Counted from the stretch's first letter, positions 1-9,016 are shown. The stretch: DNA of 32,000 nucleotides from Candidatus Methanoperedens sp. (GCA_027460535.1 JAPZAR010000022.1:90001-122000); one strand, 5' to 3'. Numbers and translations are program-made. The notes: generated by a model not told the origin, from the sequence alone.

Positions 1-2
1 CA

Positions 3-953
3 GACAGGGCCTTCGAGCAAATAAGGGAGCGGGGGAAAGGTCGCGTGCTTGAATCTATCGGAGATGGCATACTCAAACCTCTGTGCACCGATCGGATAAG
101 TGCGGAAAAAGAACTATTATCTTATCCTGTTGCCAGGATACTCGTTTCTTGCATCAATGACGCGTATCTTATTCGGAGATATGCGCTTGCAGAAGCGAAA
201 TCTTCGTATGGGCAGGTAAAGAAACTGCCACATGCATCCCTTAAAGAGTTTGCCCTGGATTTCGATATCGATGCTGGGATCGATGAGAGAGGATACCTGG
301 TGTATTTTACCCACTATATCAGGTATGCCAGTTCCATTCACGAACATGAATGGAAGCTGATAAACAGGAAAATGAATCGAGGGTGGGTACATCTCACGAA
401 GGAAGAGCTCTCGAGGATTCTGGAAGAAGCCATAAAAAAAAGGATAGAATCAAGCCTGCCGCTCGATGTTCCACCAGGGATTTGTGCGGCTCTTGAGATT
501 TACCTCGCTGATATCCGCAATAACCTTAGCGTGCGCAAATCAGAGTTCAGCATAGAAGAATTTAAAGAGATAATGCCCGACTGCTTTCCTCCATGCATTA
601 TGCATGCCCTGTCAAATGTGAAGGCAGGAATGAACCTGGCTCATTCGATGCGTTTTGCGCTCACCTCTTTTCTGCTGAACGTGGGAATGAACACCGAAGG
701 CATCATGGAAATGTTCAAAGTCTCACCCGATTTTGATGAGGAACGCACAAGGTACCAGGTGATGCATATCCACGGAGCCACCGGTACAGCTTACAAATCC
801 CCGTCGTGTGCGACCATGACAACATACGGGAATTGTTTTGGCAGGGAGCCGCTGTGCGATCGGATCTCGCATCCGCTTTCCTATTACCGGAGAAAAGCGT
901 GGATCCTGAAAAAAAAAGCTGACAATTCAAGAAAAAATAATGATAAGGATTAA
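3..953 (+). CDS. priL: DNA primase large subunit PriL, 5'-truncated by the window edge
   Basis: The reading frame (codons from nt 3) has no stop upstream of the GTG at 45, so the gene probably starts off-window. It carries a C-terminal Fe-S domain signature: CFPPCIMHAL, then SPSCATMTTYGNCFGREPLCDRISHPLSYY. Confidence 0.85.
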   Translation, partial: DRAFEQIRERGKGRVLESIGDGILKPLCTDRISAEKELLSYPVARILVSCINDAYLIRRYALAEAKSSYGQVKKLPHASLKEFALDFDIDAGIDERGYLVYFTHYIRYASSIHEHEWKLINRKMNRGWVHLTKEELSRILEEAIKKRIESSLPLDVPPGICAALEIYLADIRNNLSVRKSEFSIEEFKEIMPDCFPPCIMHALSNVKAGMNLAHSMRFALTSFLLNVGMNTEGIMEMFKVSPDFDEERTRYQVMHIHGATGTAYKSPSCATMTTYGNCFGREPLCDRISHPLSYYRRKAWILKKKADNSRKNNDKD

Positions 954-1102
954 ATCAAGCAACAACCCTGTTTTTTCTTCGTTTCTCAATATCCCTGGTT
1001 CCATGCTTGAAAGGATGTTTCCGGTGGATATTCCCGGACGATCATGAAACAAGTGATTTTCACAAAACATATATCCAGATGAATATCTATATAGGCCCAA
1101 GA

Positions 1103-2104
1103 ATGTTCAAGAGTTTTAATTTCTGGAAGCAGCGAGCTTTAAAAAAAGTGTTGTCGGAGGACAAAAAGCTCTATATATACACAAAAAATAATCCTGATTC
1201 GGATGCGCTTGCAAGTTCACTCGCCTTTAAGCAGATTGCAGAGCATTACAACACAGATGCCAGTATATATTATACAGGCGCGATCCAGAACAAGACTCTC
1301 ATCAATATTCTTGGCGATGATGTTATAAATATACCGGGATTATCCAAACCCCAGAACACGATAGCTTTTGTTGATCTAATACCTCTTGAGATTGCAAGTG
1401 AAGGATTGAATCCTGATATCGTTATTGGGCATTCACTGGGCAACACCGAAGGGATACGTTCTACATATCGGGATATCAGGTCCACCGAGACAACATCAAG
1501 CATTCTAATAGAGTATCTGAAAAAACTGGGGATGCAGATAGATAAAAGGGTGGCAACTCTCCTTCTCTTTGCGATCAGGGACAAAACCAAGACATTGATA
1601 ACGAATTTTACAAAGGAAGATCTCGAAGCTTACTGGTATATTCATAATTATGCGGATATGGAGTTGCTAAACAGTCTCGAACGCCCCTCGGCAAAATTCG
1701 AAACGTTCGAGGACCTTTCCCGCGCAATAGGCAACAAAATAATAAAAGGTGCTTCGCTTTTCACGACGGTTGGTTATGTGAAAGACCCGGCTACCATCCC
1801 GAAGGTCTGCAAATACATGCTGGATATTGAAGGAGTATCTACAGCTCTCGTACTGGCCATAAACGCTACAAAAGCCTACATCTATGCTGAATCCAAAAAT
1901 ATGGAATTCAATATGAAAAGCATTCTTAAGAAAGCATTCGGGGATTGGGGTGAAGTTGCAGGTGGATCGTTCCATGCAAGCACTTCGATACCGCTTGGCG
2001 TGTTCGGTGTAGTAACAAGCGATGAAAAAGCAAAACAACTCCTTTTAAGATCCATCAGCGATTCCATATCCACGCGATATTTCTATATTTTGGAGGCTGA
2101 GTAG
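1103..2104 (+). CDS. DHH/DHHA1-family phosphoesterase-like protein (NrnA/RecJ-like fold) with a degenerate DHH motif
   Basis: Motifs present: NNPDSDALASS (DxD motif I), AFVD (motif II), DIVIGHS in place of DHH (motif III), and AGGSFHAS (DHHA1 GGGH-like). The ORF-track start at 1007 is TTG. In-frame ATGs lie at 1079 and 1103, so the start is uncertain. Confidence 0.7.
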   Translation: MFKSFNFWKQRALKKVLSEDKKLYIYTKNNPDSDALASSLAFKQIAEHYNTDASIYYTGAIQNKTLINILGDDVINIPGLSKPQNTIAFVDLIPLEIASEGLNPDIVIGHSLGNTEGIRSTYRDIRSTETTSSILIEYLKKLGMQIDKRVATLLLFAIRDKTKTLITNFTKEDLEAYWYIHNYADMELLNSLERPSAKFETFEDLSRAIGNKIIKGASLFTTVGYVKDPATIPKVCKYMLDIEGVSTALVLAINATKAYIYAESKNMEFNMKSILKKAFGDWGEVAGGSFHASTSIPLGVFGVVTSDEKAKQLLLRSISDSISTRYFYILEAE

Positions 2105-2238
2105 GTTCTCCCATGAGAGCAGCTGATACATACCCCATCTCTTGTAACACAATTAGAACATACGAGTCTTCCGCAAAGCATGCATGTATGCATCTTCGCC
2201 GTCCGCCCGCAGATGCTGCAAACTCCCATTACCTCCAT
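2083..2238 (-). CDS. Small zinc-ribbon protein, 51 aa, with 4 x CxxC (below the ORF-track cutoff)
   Basis: Hand translation: MEVMGVCSICGRTAKMHTCMLCGRLVCSNCVTRDGVCISCSHGRTYSASKI*. Four evenly spaced CxxC pairs. An SD-like GGAGGGG lies about 5 nt upstream of the ATG. The ORF overlaps the convergent DHH gene's 3' end by 22 nt. Confidence 0.45.
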   Translation of the reverse strand: MEVMGVCSICGRTAKMHTCMLCGRLVCSNCVTRDGVCISCSHGRTYSASKI

Positions 2239-2475
2239 TTACCCCTCCGAGGAAAAAATTTAAGAGGCTTGGTAAGGAACGAAGTATTCCTCAATTACCC
2301 ATGACTCAAGCTCTTCCGAATCCTTTTTTTTCCCCTCGCTTAGCAAAACCGGCCGTTTTTGTTCGATTTCAGATATTTTCTTATTCATATATATCTAGGC
2401 ATCCTTTCAGGATGACAGTCTCCTATAAACAGGAGTCTCTATAAGAACATAAACTTATCGATTTACAGATGAACA

Positions 2476-2682
2476 TCATCCACCTGTCACTACTCTGAGT
2501 ATTTCTACGCTATCGGGCGTCACTCTCTCATCAAGAGGTACTGGATCACCTTTTCGGAATACAATAACCAGTTCAGGGTTTATCTGAAGGGACAAGAGCA
2601 TTTCTTCATAAGTGGTATCTCCATGAACTTCCAGGGTTCTTTCCTTGACACCACCTGATAGGATTTTTACATCTACCTTCAA
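2476..2682 (-). CDS. Ubiquitin-like small archaeal modifier / MoaD-ThiS family beta-grasp protein (SAMP-like)
   Basis: 68 aa ending ...EILRVVTGG* (C-terminal diglycine). Size and alternating pattern are typical of the MoaD/ThiS/SAMP fold. The only plausible start is the TTG at 2682, because the frame closes at a TGA 30 nt upstream. An SD-like AGAGGA precedes it. Confidence 0.7.
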   Translation of the reverse strand: MKVDVKILSGGVKERTLEVHGDTTYEEMLLSLQINPELVIVFRKGDPVPLDERVTPDSVEILRVVTGG

Positions 2683-2819
2683 GGGGTTTCCTCTAATTCC
2701 TCCAACTCTCCCTCAGTTTTTGTTAACTCCCCAAGATGCTCTCCATTCAATTTATCTTCAAGAATTTGCTGCTTCTTTTTACCTTTCCGCTCCAGTTCCC
2801 GCTTTTTAAGTTTTGACAT
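2679..2819 (-). CDS. Hypothetical 46-aa charged micro-protein upstream of the SAMP-like gene
   Basis: Hand translation: MSKLKKRELERKGKKKQQILEDKLNGEHLGELTKTEGELEELEETP*. GAGGA lies 5 nt upstream of the ATG. Its TGA overlaps the SAMP TTG start (TTGA). It could equally be non-coding 5'UTR. Confidence 0.3.
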   Translation of the reverse strand: MSKLKKRELERKGKKKQQILEDKLNGEHLGELTKTEGELEELEETP

Positions 2820-3161
2820 GGTTTTCCTCGCTTCTCTTTGATTTTCCAGATTTAATTATTTATTGAAGCTCTAATTTGAAAATTTAATTGTTTATTAAAA
2901 TATTAAACCGAAACCAAGGCTCGTTGTCCATCTTAATTTGGCTTCCTCTATTTATTAAGGTATGGGTTGAGGAATTAAAGTGTTTTATAAAAAAAGAGAG
3001 ATGATGCTACAGAGTTCAGCTTTCATCCGCGTATGCTCAAATCTTGTAATGTTGTCGAACAGGAAAGCCAGAAAATCTATATGCCGCCCCCTCCGGGAAA
3101 AAACATATGAAAGGTCTGAATGGAATAGACCATACTGCTGAACCTTTATTCTTTCCACCGT

Positions 3162-4205
3162 CTATTTGATAAGTTTGTACTTCCTGCTCCCGCATCCTAT
3201 TTTTTCTGCGGCCTCGATATGTATCCAGGGATCCACGCCCCACACGGTATTTATCGATTGACCATTTTTCTCCATCCTTTGGTTAATAAGATCGATCGTT
3301 GCGGAATCCAATGCCACAGGATCTTTTCCGGCAAGTATCCCTATATCTTCAACGAACCGCTCACCTGAAAAATTAAAGCAATCACATCCAGGAGTGATGT
3401 CGTAAACCCAGTTAATATACCCGATCCTGCCTTTAAGGGCTTTAATAGGGCCAAATGCGGCTTCGCCCAATCTTTTCTGCATCTTTTCGCCGGCATCCGG
3501 GGGCGGAATGATCGCTTCCTGCTGGCAGGCTTCGGCGCATGACAACTCACCGCAACATTTTGACTGGTCAATCTCAGGAGGCGTTATGGCACCCCAGGGG
3601 CATACCTCCACGCAGTCGCCACACTGGATGCATTTTTCAGGGTCGATCGAAGGTTTTCCCACCTCATGTACCCTTATCTTTCCAGCTCGGTCAAGGCATC
3701 CCATGCCAAGATGTTTCATTGCCCCGCCGAATCCGGAAGCCGGGTGTCCCTTTCCATGCGATATCACGATCATTGAATCCGCCTCCGCTATAGCCCCGGC
3801 AATGGTGATGCTGTCAAGCGCATCCCCATCGATCTGTATCTTTTTCCCATCCCCGCCTCTTAACCCATCGGCGACAATAATGGGCGCGTTCATACTGGCA
3901 TGGGTAAAACCGTTCATGGCAGCGCCCTTTATCAAGTCTGCAGCATTTAGCTTCATGCCCCTGTACAGCGTTGTTGTGTCTGTAACAAAAGGTATCCCGC
4001 CGGCCTCAATGACAAGGTCGACCACGGTTCTTACAACTACAGGTCTCACGTGGGTGGTGTTACCATACTCCCCGGGATGTATTTTTATTGCAACGATATC
4101 CCCCTTTTTCACAGGGGAAATACGAGAGAATATTTTTTTAACCTGTTCTGGCTGATTATCTTCTGGCTTTGTTACCTTAGCATCCTTGAATATTATTTCA
4201 TTCAA
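3162..4205 (-). CDS. DUF362 domain protein with an embedded 4Fe-4S ferredoxin-type domain
   Basis: 347 aa. One canonical cluster motif, CIQCGDCVEVCPWGAI, followed by an atypical Cys-rich stretch, CCGELSCAEACQQEA. N- and C-terminal regions (VAIKIHPGE..., ITPGCDCF...) resemble DUF362. Confidence 0.7.
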   Translation of the reverse strand: MNEIIFKDAKVTKPEDNQPEQVKKIFSRISPVKKGDIVAIKIHPGEYGNTTHVRPVVVRTVVDLVIEAGGIPFVTDTTTLYRGMKLNAADLIKGAAMNGFTHASMNAPIIVADGLRGGDGKKIQIDGDALDSITIAGAIAEADSMIVISHGKGHPASGFGGAMKHLGMGCLDRAGKIRVHEVGKPSIDPEKCIQCGDCVEVCPWGAITPPEIDQSKCCGELSCAEACQQEAIIPPPDAGEKMQKRLGEAAFGPIKALKGRIGYINWVYDITPGCDCFNFSGERFVEDIGILAGKDPVALDSATIDLINQRMEKNGQSINTVWGVDPWIHIEAAEKIGCGSRKYKLIK

Positions 4206-4615
4206 AAACCATCACTCCTTCTCCTATTTGATGTCAATATCTTAAAGGATTGCATCTTATTTGAATCACAATATTTATATAACCAATAGTCAATGTAGAT
4301 ATGTAAAAAACGGGTGTTTCTTTAATGGGGAGAATGTTAGAAACTTCACAGGAAAGAGTAAAATTATTAAAGGCTGGTATCTCGGGAAAAACAATAGAAA
4401 AACTGTATTTATTATATAACGATATCAAACTTGTCAACAGGCACCTACTTCTGGAGGCTTTCTGAGATCAATGGCAGTGGAAATCATGTCAAATTTTCCA
4501 GATCATGATCGGGATACGTGAGTTTTCGATAGGATTAAAGGAATTTCAAAAGACAACTATCAAGAATGGCTTTTTCTCCCAAATCTACGGATTGAACGAA
4601 CCTGACTTAATAAAA

Positions 4616-4622
4616 TTTATAT
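4616..4622 (+). promoter_or_regulatory. Candidate TATA box for the ferredoxin-GGR pair
   Basis: TTTATAT within aataaaatttatatg, about 28 nt before the ATG at 4650. This implies a very short leader and argues against the GTG start at 4623. Confidence 0.35.
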
Positions 4623-4649
4623 GTGCAAACTGCATTAGCAGACAAGCCT

Positions 4650-4823
4650 ATGAGCGTTAATGTAAATCGTTATAAATGCGGATATTGCGGCGCCTGCGTG
4701 GGGGTGTGCCCGGTGGGTGCGCTTGAGCTGGTGGAGACGTGGATTGAAGTGGATAATACCTGCACCAGCTGCGGGGTATGTGCAAAGATATGTCCAGTGG
4801 GTGCCCTGTCGGTGGTCAAATGA
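4650..4823 (+). CDS. 2x[4Fe-4S] ferredoxin
   Basis: Two canonical motifs: [16 protein letters not shown] and [16 protein letters not shown]. The stop overlaps the next gene's start (ATGA at 4820-4823). The ORF-track start at 4623 is GTG; the ATG at 4650 is preferred. Confidence 0.85.
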   Translation: MSVNVNRYKCGYCGACVGVCPVGALELVETWIEVDNTCTSCGVCAKICPVGALSVVK

Positions 4824-5998
4824 AGAATAAGTACGATATTATTGTCGTGGGGGCAGGGCCGGCGGGATCGATAACAGCAAAAACCTGCGCAGAGGGAGGA
4901 CTTGATGTCCTGCTCATTGAAAAAAGGCAGGAGATAGGGGATCCCGTCAGGTGTGCGGAAGGCGTGGGCAAGGATGCTCTGAAGAAACATATCGAACCCG
5001 ATAAAAGATGGATAGCTGCCGAGGTGAAGGGCTCAAGGATAATATCTCCCGACGGAACGCAGATACTCATGTCAGGGGATGCTGCAATGAAAGATGTGGG
5101 TTATACACTTGAAAGAAAAGTTTTCGACCGTGTCCTTGCCCAGAAAGCTGCCATGGCAGGTGTTGAGGTCATGGTGAAGACGAGGGCAACAGGATTGTTA
5201 AGGAACAATGGGAATGTTTCTGGCATAAAAGCCATGTACATGGGTGAAACGCGTGAGATAACGGCCAGTATAGTAATAGGTGCGGACGGCGTTGAATCCA
5301 AAGTCGGGCGGTGGGGCGGGATAGATACTTCATTGAGACCTGTGGATATTGAGACATGCGCGCAATTTCTTGTCTCGAACCTGGACCCGGGTGAGTACAG
5401 TGAGTTCTATTTAGGGGAAAGATATTCTCCATCGGGTTATGTCTGGGTATTCCCCAAAGGCGGATATACCGCGAATGTTGGCATCGGGATACTTGGAAGC
5501 AAATCAGGAAGTATCAGGGCTATTTCGCATCTCCAGAAATTCATAGATACTTTCATACCGCATGGAAAAATAGTTGAAATGGTCGTGGGCGGCGTTCCTG
5601 TCAGCGGTCCGATAAAACAGACAGTTGCAAACGGTCTTATCCTTGTTGGCGATGCCGCAAGACAGTCCGACCCCCTGACGGGCGGCGGGATCATCAATGC
5701 AATGGATGCAGGAAAGATGGCGGGTGAAGTCTGCATCAAAGCAAGGGAAAAGGGAGATTATTCTGTCAAGACATTAAAAGAATACGAAGATAGATGGCGC
5801 GCAACCATTGGAAAAGAGTTGAGTAAATCCCTGCTTGTCAAAAACATGGTGCTCAAACTCACCGATGAGCAGCTGAATCAGCTTGCGCACTCTCTTGACG
5901 GGATGGATGTGAGCACAATGGAACTATCGAAATTGCTGTATGTGCTGTTCAAAAAGAACCCAAAACTGCTCTGGGAACTCAGAACGTTATTCAATTGA
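4820..5998 (+). CDS. Geranylgeranyl reductase family flavoprotein (digeranylgeranylglycerophospholipid reductase-like)
   Basis: Has the FAD-binding N-terminus [17 protein letters not shown]. It also has the GDAAR and PLTGGGI motifs typical of the GGR family. The start at 4820 overlaps the ferredoxin stop. Confidence 0.85.
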   Translation: MKNKYDIIVVGAGPAGSITAKTCAEGGLDVLLIEKRQEIGDPVRCAEGVGKDALKKHIEPDKRWIAAEVKGSRIISPDGTQILMSGDAAMKDVGYTLERKVFDRVLAQKAAMAGVEVMVKTRATGLLRNNGNVSGIKAMYMGETREITASIVIGADGVESKVGRWGGIDTSLRPVDIETCAQFLVSNLDPGEYSEFYLGERYSPSGYVWVFPKGGYTANVGIGILGSKSGSIRAISHLQKFIDTFIPHGKIVEMVVGGVPVSGPIKQTVANGLILVGDAARQSDPLTGGGIINAMDAGKMAGEVCIKAREKGDYSVKTLKEYEDRWRATIGKELSKSLLVKNMVLKLTDEQLNQLAHSLDGMDVSTMELSKLLYVLFKKNPKLLWELRTLFN

Positions 5999-6069
5999 AG
6001 GACCCATTGCTGTTATTGAATATTACTTCAATCTATTAAATCTGATTCAGAAGGCATTTAGGTTAAGCA

Positions 6070-6143
6070 TGCCCAGACCCGGACTTGAACCGGGGACATC
6101 TGCGTCTTCAGCGCAGCGCTCTCCCAGGCTGAGCTATCTGGGC
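6070..6143 (-). tRNA. tRNA-Phe (anticodon GAA), 74 nt, no intron, CCA not encoded
   Basis: The reverse complement folds as a cloverleaf: acceptor GCCCAGA/TCTGGGC, D arm GCTC/GAGC, and anticodon stem CTGCG/CGCAG with loop CTGAAGA. The T arm is CCCGG-TTCAAGT-CCGGG and the discriminator is A. Confidence 0.92.
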
Positions 6144-6301
6144 ATAAAGGGTGCTAATTGATGACATCGTATATCTATCCTTCGGAAATCATCAATAAAC
6201 ATCCCTGGGATGAGGCACAAGATATGATTGAGGATAGAAAAACGTTTCGCATCCCCAAGACTTAATATAAATAAAAGCAATAAAGCCGGGAAGGTGACTG
6301 A

Positions 6302-7180
6302 ATGGGCGATTTCCTGGAGAAACTTCAAAAAATCAGGTCAGGATTTTTATCACGCATGAGGTTTCTTTTCCTTCTGGATTTAATCTCAGTTTTTAGCATA
6401 TTTTATGCAATTTTTGTAATCTTCCAGGTTGAGTATTTCCTGAATAAATCTTCTTTCTATTTACCGATTCCAGTCAAATTCGTTCCACCTATCCTGGCTT
6501 TCATTATCGCGATAATAAGCGCTTTATTGATGCATAAAAAAGACAGTAAAATCAATGTAAACCTGTTGATAGAAAATAAGTATTCTGAATTAAAAGAAAG
6601 GCTCATGACAGCGTATGATAACAGGAATGAAACAAATGTAATAGTTGATTCATTAAAAGATAATGTTTCTGATGCGCTCACAACTGTTTCATCATCCCAT
6701 CTTCTCGCAAAAACCACGATAATCTCAAAAATTCTCGTAACTATCATATTCATCGCAGGTGTTGCTATGATTTCATCAAACCCAGGCACATATACCATTC
6801 CTCCTGAAACCATAGCTAATAATTTCAAAAATATAACGGGCGCTGATGGAACTGGTAACGAAACGGTAATAATTCCCGTGGGCCCCATTCAGAACCTCCA
6901 GAACGTGGGAAGCCAGGGTAGCGGAGACATCATCGGCAAGCCAAAGATTGCATCCCTTGAAGGCAAGAATATTGACCTTTCCCTTCATGCGGGCATTGGA
7001 ACAGGTTTTGTGCCAAGTGTCGCAAGCCAACCACAGAACCAGTTTATAGCGTCAGCAGCTTACCCTGTGGATGTCCTGGGTTCCAATGTTTCAGATGGAG
7101 GATACAGCATCCTGATGCAAAAAACCCAAGCCGAGAAGAAATTAATCCAGGATTATGCAGTTGAAAGGAGTAAAATATGA
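6302..7180 (+). CDS. Hypothetical membrane protein, first gene of the MoxR/vWA operon
   Basis: 292 aa with hydrophobic segments (FLFLLDLISVFSIFYAIFVIF, PPILAFIIAIISALL, ILVTIIFIAGVAMI). SD-like GGTGA precedes the ATG. The next gene follows 12 nt downstream. I recognise no family. Confidence 0.6.
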   Translation: MGDFLEKLQKIRSGFLSRMRFLFLLDLISVFSIFYAIFVIFQVEYFLNKSSFYLPIPVKFVPPILAFIIAIISALLMHKKDSKINVNLLIENKYSELKERLMTAYDNRNETNVIVDSLKDNVSDALTTVSSSHLLAKTTIISKILVTIIFIAGVAMISSNPGTYTIPPETIANNFKNITGADGTGNETVIIPVGPIQNLQNVGSQGSGDIIGKPKIASLEGKNIDLSLHAGIGTGFVPSVASQPQNQFIASAAYPVDVLGSNVSDGGYSILMQKTQAEKKLIQDYAVERSKI

Positions 7181-7192
7181 AAGAGGTTAAAC

Positions 7193-8140
7193 ATGAGTGA
7201 CGAGACATATAAAAGCTCAAAAGGCGTTTTCAAGGAACTTCTTGATGAAATCGGGAAGGTAATTGTAGGGCAGCATGAAGCTGTTGAACATATATTGATA
7301 GCTATTCTCTGCAACAGCCACGCGCTTGTGGAGAGTAACCCCGGGCTTGCAAAAACCCTTACCATAAGCACCATATCAAAAGCACTTGACCTGAAATTCA
7401 GCAGGATACAGTGCACGCCCGATCTTATGCCTTCTGACATCACAGGCACAACCATTATAGAGGATGTGGGCGGGAAGAAACAGTACCGTTTTGAAGCCGG
7501 GCCTGTTTTTGCAAACATCGTACTCGCAGATGAGATTAACAGGGCCTCGCCCAAGACGCAGAGTGCTCTCCTTGAGGCAATGCAGGAAAAACAGGTAACA
7601 ATTGGCAATAAAACATATCCCCTTGATAAGCCGTTTTTTATCCTTGCAACCCAGAACCCGATTGAAATGGAGGGTACGTATCCATTGCCAGAGGCGCAGC
7701 TTGACAGGTTTTTGCTTAAAATTTTAATGGATTATCCCACGGTTGAAGATGAGAACGAAATTGTTAACAGATATACGAAAAATATCACTCCATCGGTAAG
7801 ACAGGTGGTTTCGAAGAACGAGTTGCTTGAACTGCAGAAACTCACAAGGGATGTTCCCATAGCAGAGGATATCAAGAAAAGAGCCATTAACATCGTGTTT
7901 GCAACGCGGGCAAAAAGCGAGCATATCGAATACGGAGCCTCGCCGCGAGCTTCCATCGGCATTATCCTTGCTGCAAAGGCAAGGGCGCTCATGAGAGGCA
8001 GGAATTATGTGAGTACTGAAGATATTGATACAATGGCATATCCGGTTCTGCGTCACCGGGTTATCCTCACATTTGAGTCAGAACGCAAGGGCATGACCAC
8101 AGACCAGGTGATTTCTGATCTTCTGAAAAATGTGAAATAA
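7193..8140 (+). CDS. MoxR-family AAA+ ATPase
   Basis: Walker A variant NPGLAKT, Walker B VLADEINRASPKTQSALLEAMQE, then ATQNPIEMEGTYPLPEAQLDRF. Size of 315 aa is typical of MoxR (MRP subfamily). Confidence 0.9.
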   Translation: MSDETYKSSKGVFKELLDEIGKVIVGQHEAVEHILIAILCNSHALVESNPGLAKTLTISTISKALDLKFSRIQCTPDLMPSDITGTTIIEDVGGKKQYRFEAGPVFANIVLADEINRASPKTQSALLEAMQEKQVTIGNKTYPLDKPFFILATQNPIEMEGTYPLPEAQLDRFLLKILMDYPTVEDENEIVNRYTKNITPSVRQVVSKNELLELQKLTRDVPIAEDIKKRAINIVFATRAKSEHIEYGASPRASIGIILAAKARALMRGRNYVSTEDIDTMAYPVLRHRVILTFESERKGMTTDQVISDLLKNVK

Positions 8141-8143
8141 AAA

Positions 8144-9013
8144 ATGATTGACACTTCGTTTTTCAAGGAGCTTGACCGCTTCTCATTCATGGTGCGAAAA
8201 CGCGTATCCACAGCCTACAGCGGGAGCAGGCGTTCCATATTGAGAGGGAGGGGCATGGAGCCTGTGAGCTACCGCGAATACACGCAGGGAGACGATTTTA
8301 AGATAATCGACTGGAAAGTGTACGGGCGCACCGAGAAGCTCTATGTCAAGGAATTCGAAGAAGAAAAGAGCCTGACAACGCATATACTGCTTGATACAAG
8401 CAAGAGCATGGATTTTCGAAACAAGTTCGATTACGCTGCAATGCTCGCCCTGGGGTTTGCCTATCTTGTAACCAAAGATAACGAGAAGTTCGGGGTATCC
8501 ACATTCGCAGAAGAGATCAATATCACAAAACCCAAGCGAGGAAGGAGATACCTCTCCCAGACAATCGACCTCCTTAACAACACGGTGCTTGTGGGAAAAA
8601 CTCGGTTTGATTACTGCATGGAAAAGTACGCCGCTATTATAAAGTCAAGATCGCTTGTTTTCATCATATCCGATTTCATGACCGATATCAATGCTATCAA
8701 GAGCGCGATATTCAGGCTCGGTGACAATGAGCTTGTTTTGATCCAGGTGCTTGACCCTGTGGAGAAAAGTCTCAACCTCGGAGGCGAGGCAAAATTAATC
8801 GACCTTGAAACAGACAAAAAAATTGATATTTATACAAGTCCCCGCCTTCGCGCAGAATATGAAAAGCTGCTCGGTGACCACATCGCAGGAATAAAAGAGA
8901 CCTGCCTCGCAGTCGGGGCGGATTTCCATACCGTAACCACGGATAGACCTGTATTCGACGCCATATTCGAAGTTATAAACCAGAGACAGGTAAAGAAGGT
9001 AGGAAAGAGGTAG
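8144..9013 (+). CDS. DUF58 domain protein (vWA-like partner of MoxR)
   Basis: Has the motif YREYTQGDDFKIIDWKVYGRTEKLYVKEFEEEK, characteristic of DUF58. It starts 3 nt after the MoxR stop. Confidence 0.85.
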   Translation: MIDTSFFKELDRFSFMVRKRVSTAYSGSRRSILRGRGMEPVSYREYTQGDDFKIIDWKVYGRTEKLYVKEFEEEKSLTTHILLDTSKSMDFRNKFDYAAMLALGFAYLVTKDNEKFGVSTFAEEINITKPKRGRRYLSQTIDLLNNTVLVGKTRFDYCMEKYAAIIKSRSLVFIISDFMTDINAIKSAIFRLGDNELVLIQVLDPVEKSLNLGGEAKLIDLETDKKIDIYTSPRLRAEYEKLLGDHIAGIKETCLAVGADFHTVTTDRPVFDAIFEVINQRQVKKVGKR

Positions 9014-9016
9014 AAA

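Noticed and set aside
1007-1102. N-terminal extension of the DHH ORF from the TTG at 1007 (MKGCFRWIFPDDHETSDF...)
   Set aside because: It uses a non-ATG start, has an odd composition, and begins only 54 nt after the priL stop. The ATGs at 1079 and 1103 give a more typical N-terminus. The exact start remains uncertain.
2113-2444. Plus-strand ORFs 2113-2304 and 2184-2444 in the DHH/SAMP spacer
   Set aside because: They have P/R-rich, low-complexity translations and no SD. The opposite strand holds more convincing small ORFs, namely the zinc ribbon with its SD.
2850-2898. TTTAATTATTTATTGAA / TTTAATTGTTTATTAAA direct repeat upstream of the micro-ORF/SAMP cluster
   Set aside because: It probably reflects TATA/BRE-like promoter sequence. 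It is low-complexity A/T-rich, so it is noted within the SAMP finding rather than reported as a separate element.
3508-4155. Long antisense ORFs opposite well-supported genes: 3508-4155, 9055-9693, 15721-16203, 16630-17271, 17473-18108, 22758-23195, 10785-11276, 7153-7608
   Set aside because: Each lies fully inside a confidently identified gene on the other strand. Their translations are low-complexity (S/P/A/T/R-rich) with no motifs. This is the usual shadow-ORF effect of codon bias.
4050-4465. ORFs 4050-4289 (+) and 4234-4437 (-), plus a 46-aa plus-strand ORF at 4325-4465 (MGRMLETSQERVKLLKAGISGKTIEKLYLLYNDIKLVNRHLLLEAF), in the divergent DUF362/ferredoxin spacer
   Set aside because: In an AT-rich promoter region, open frames are expected by chance. 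The first two overlap the DUF362 5' end or have implausible composition. The 46-aa ORF has a faint HhH-like look but no SD and no other support.
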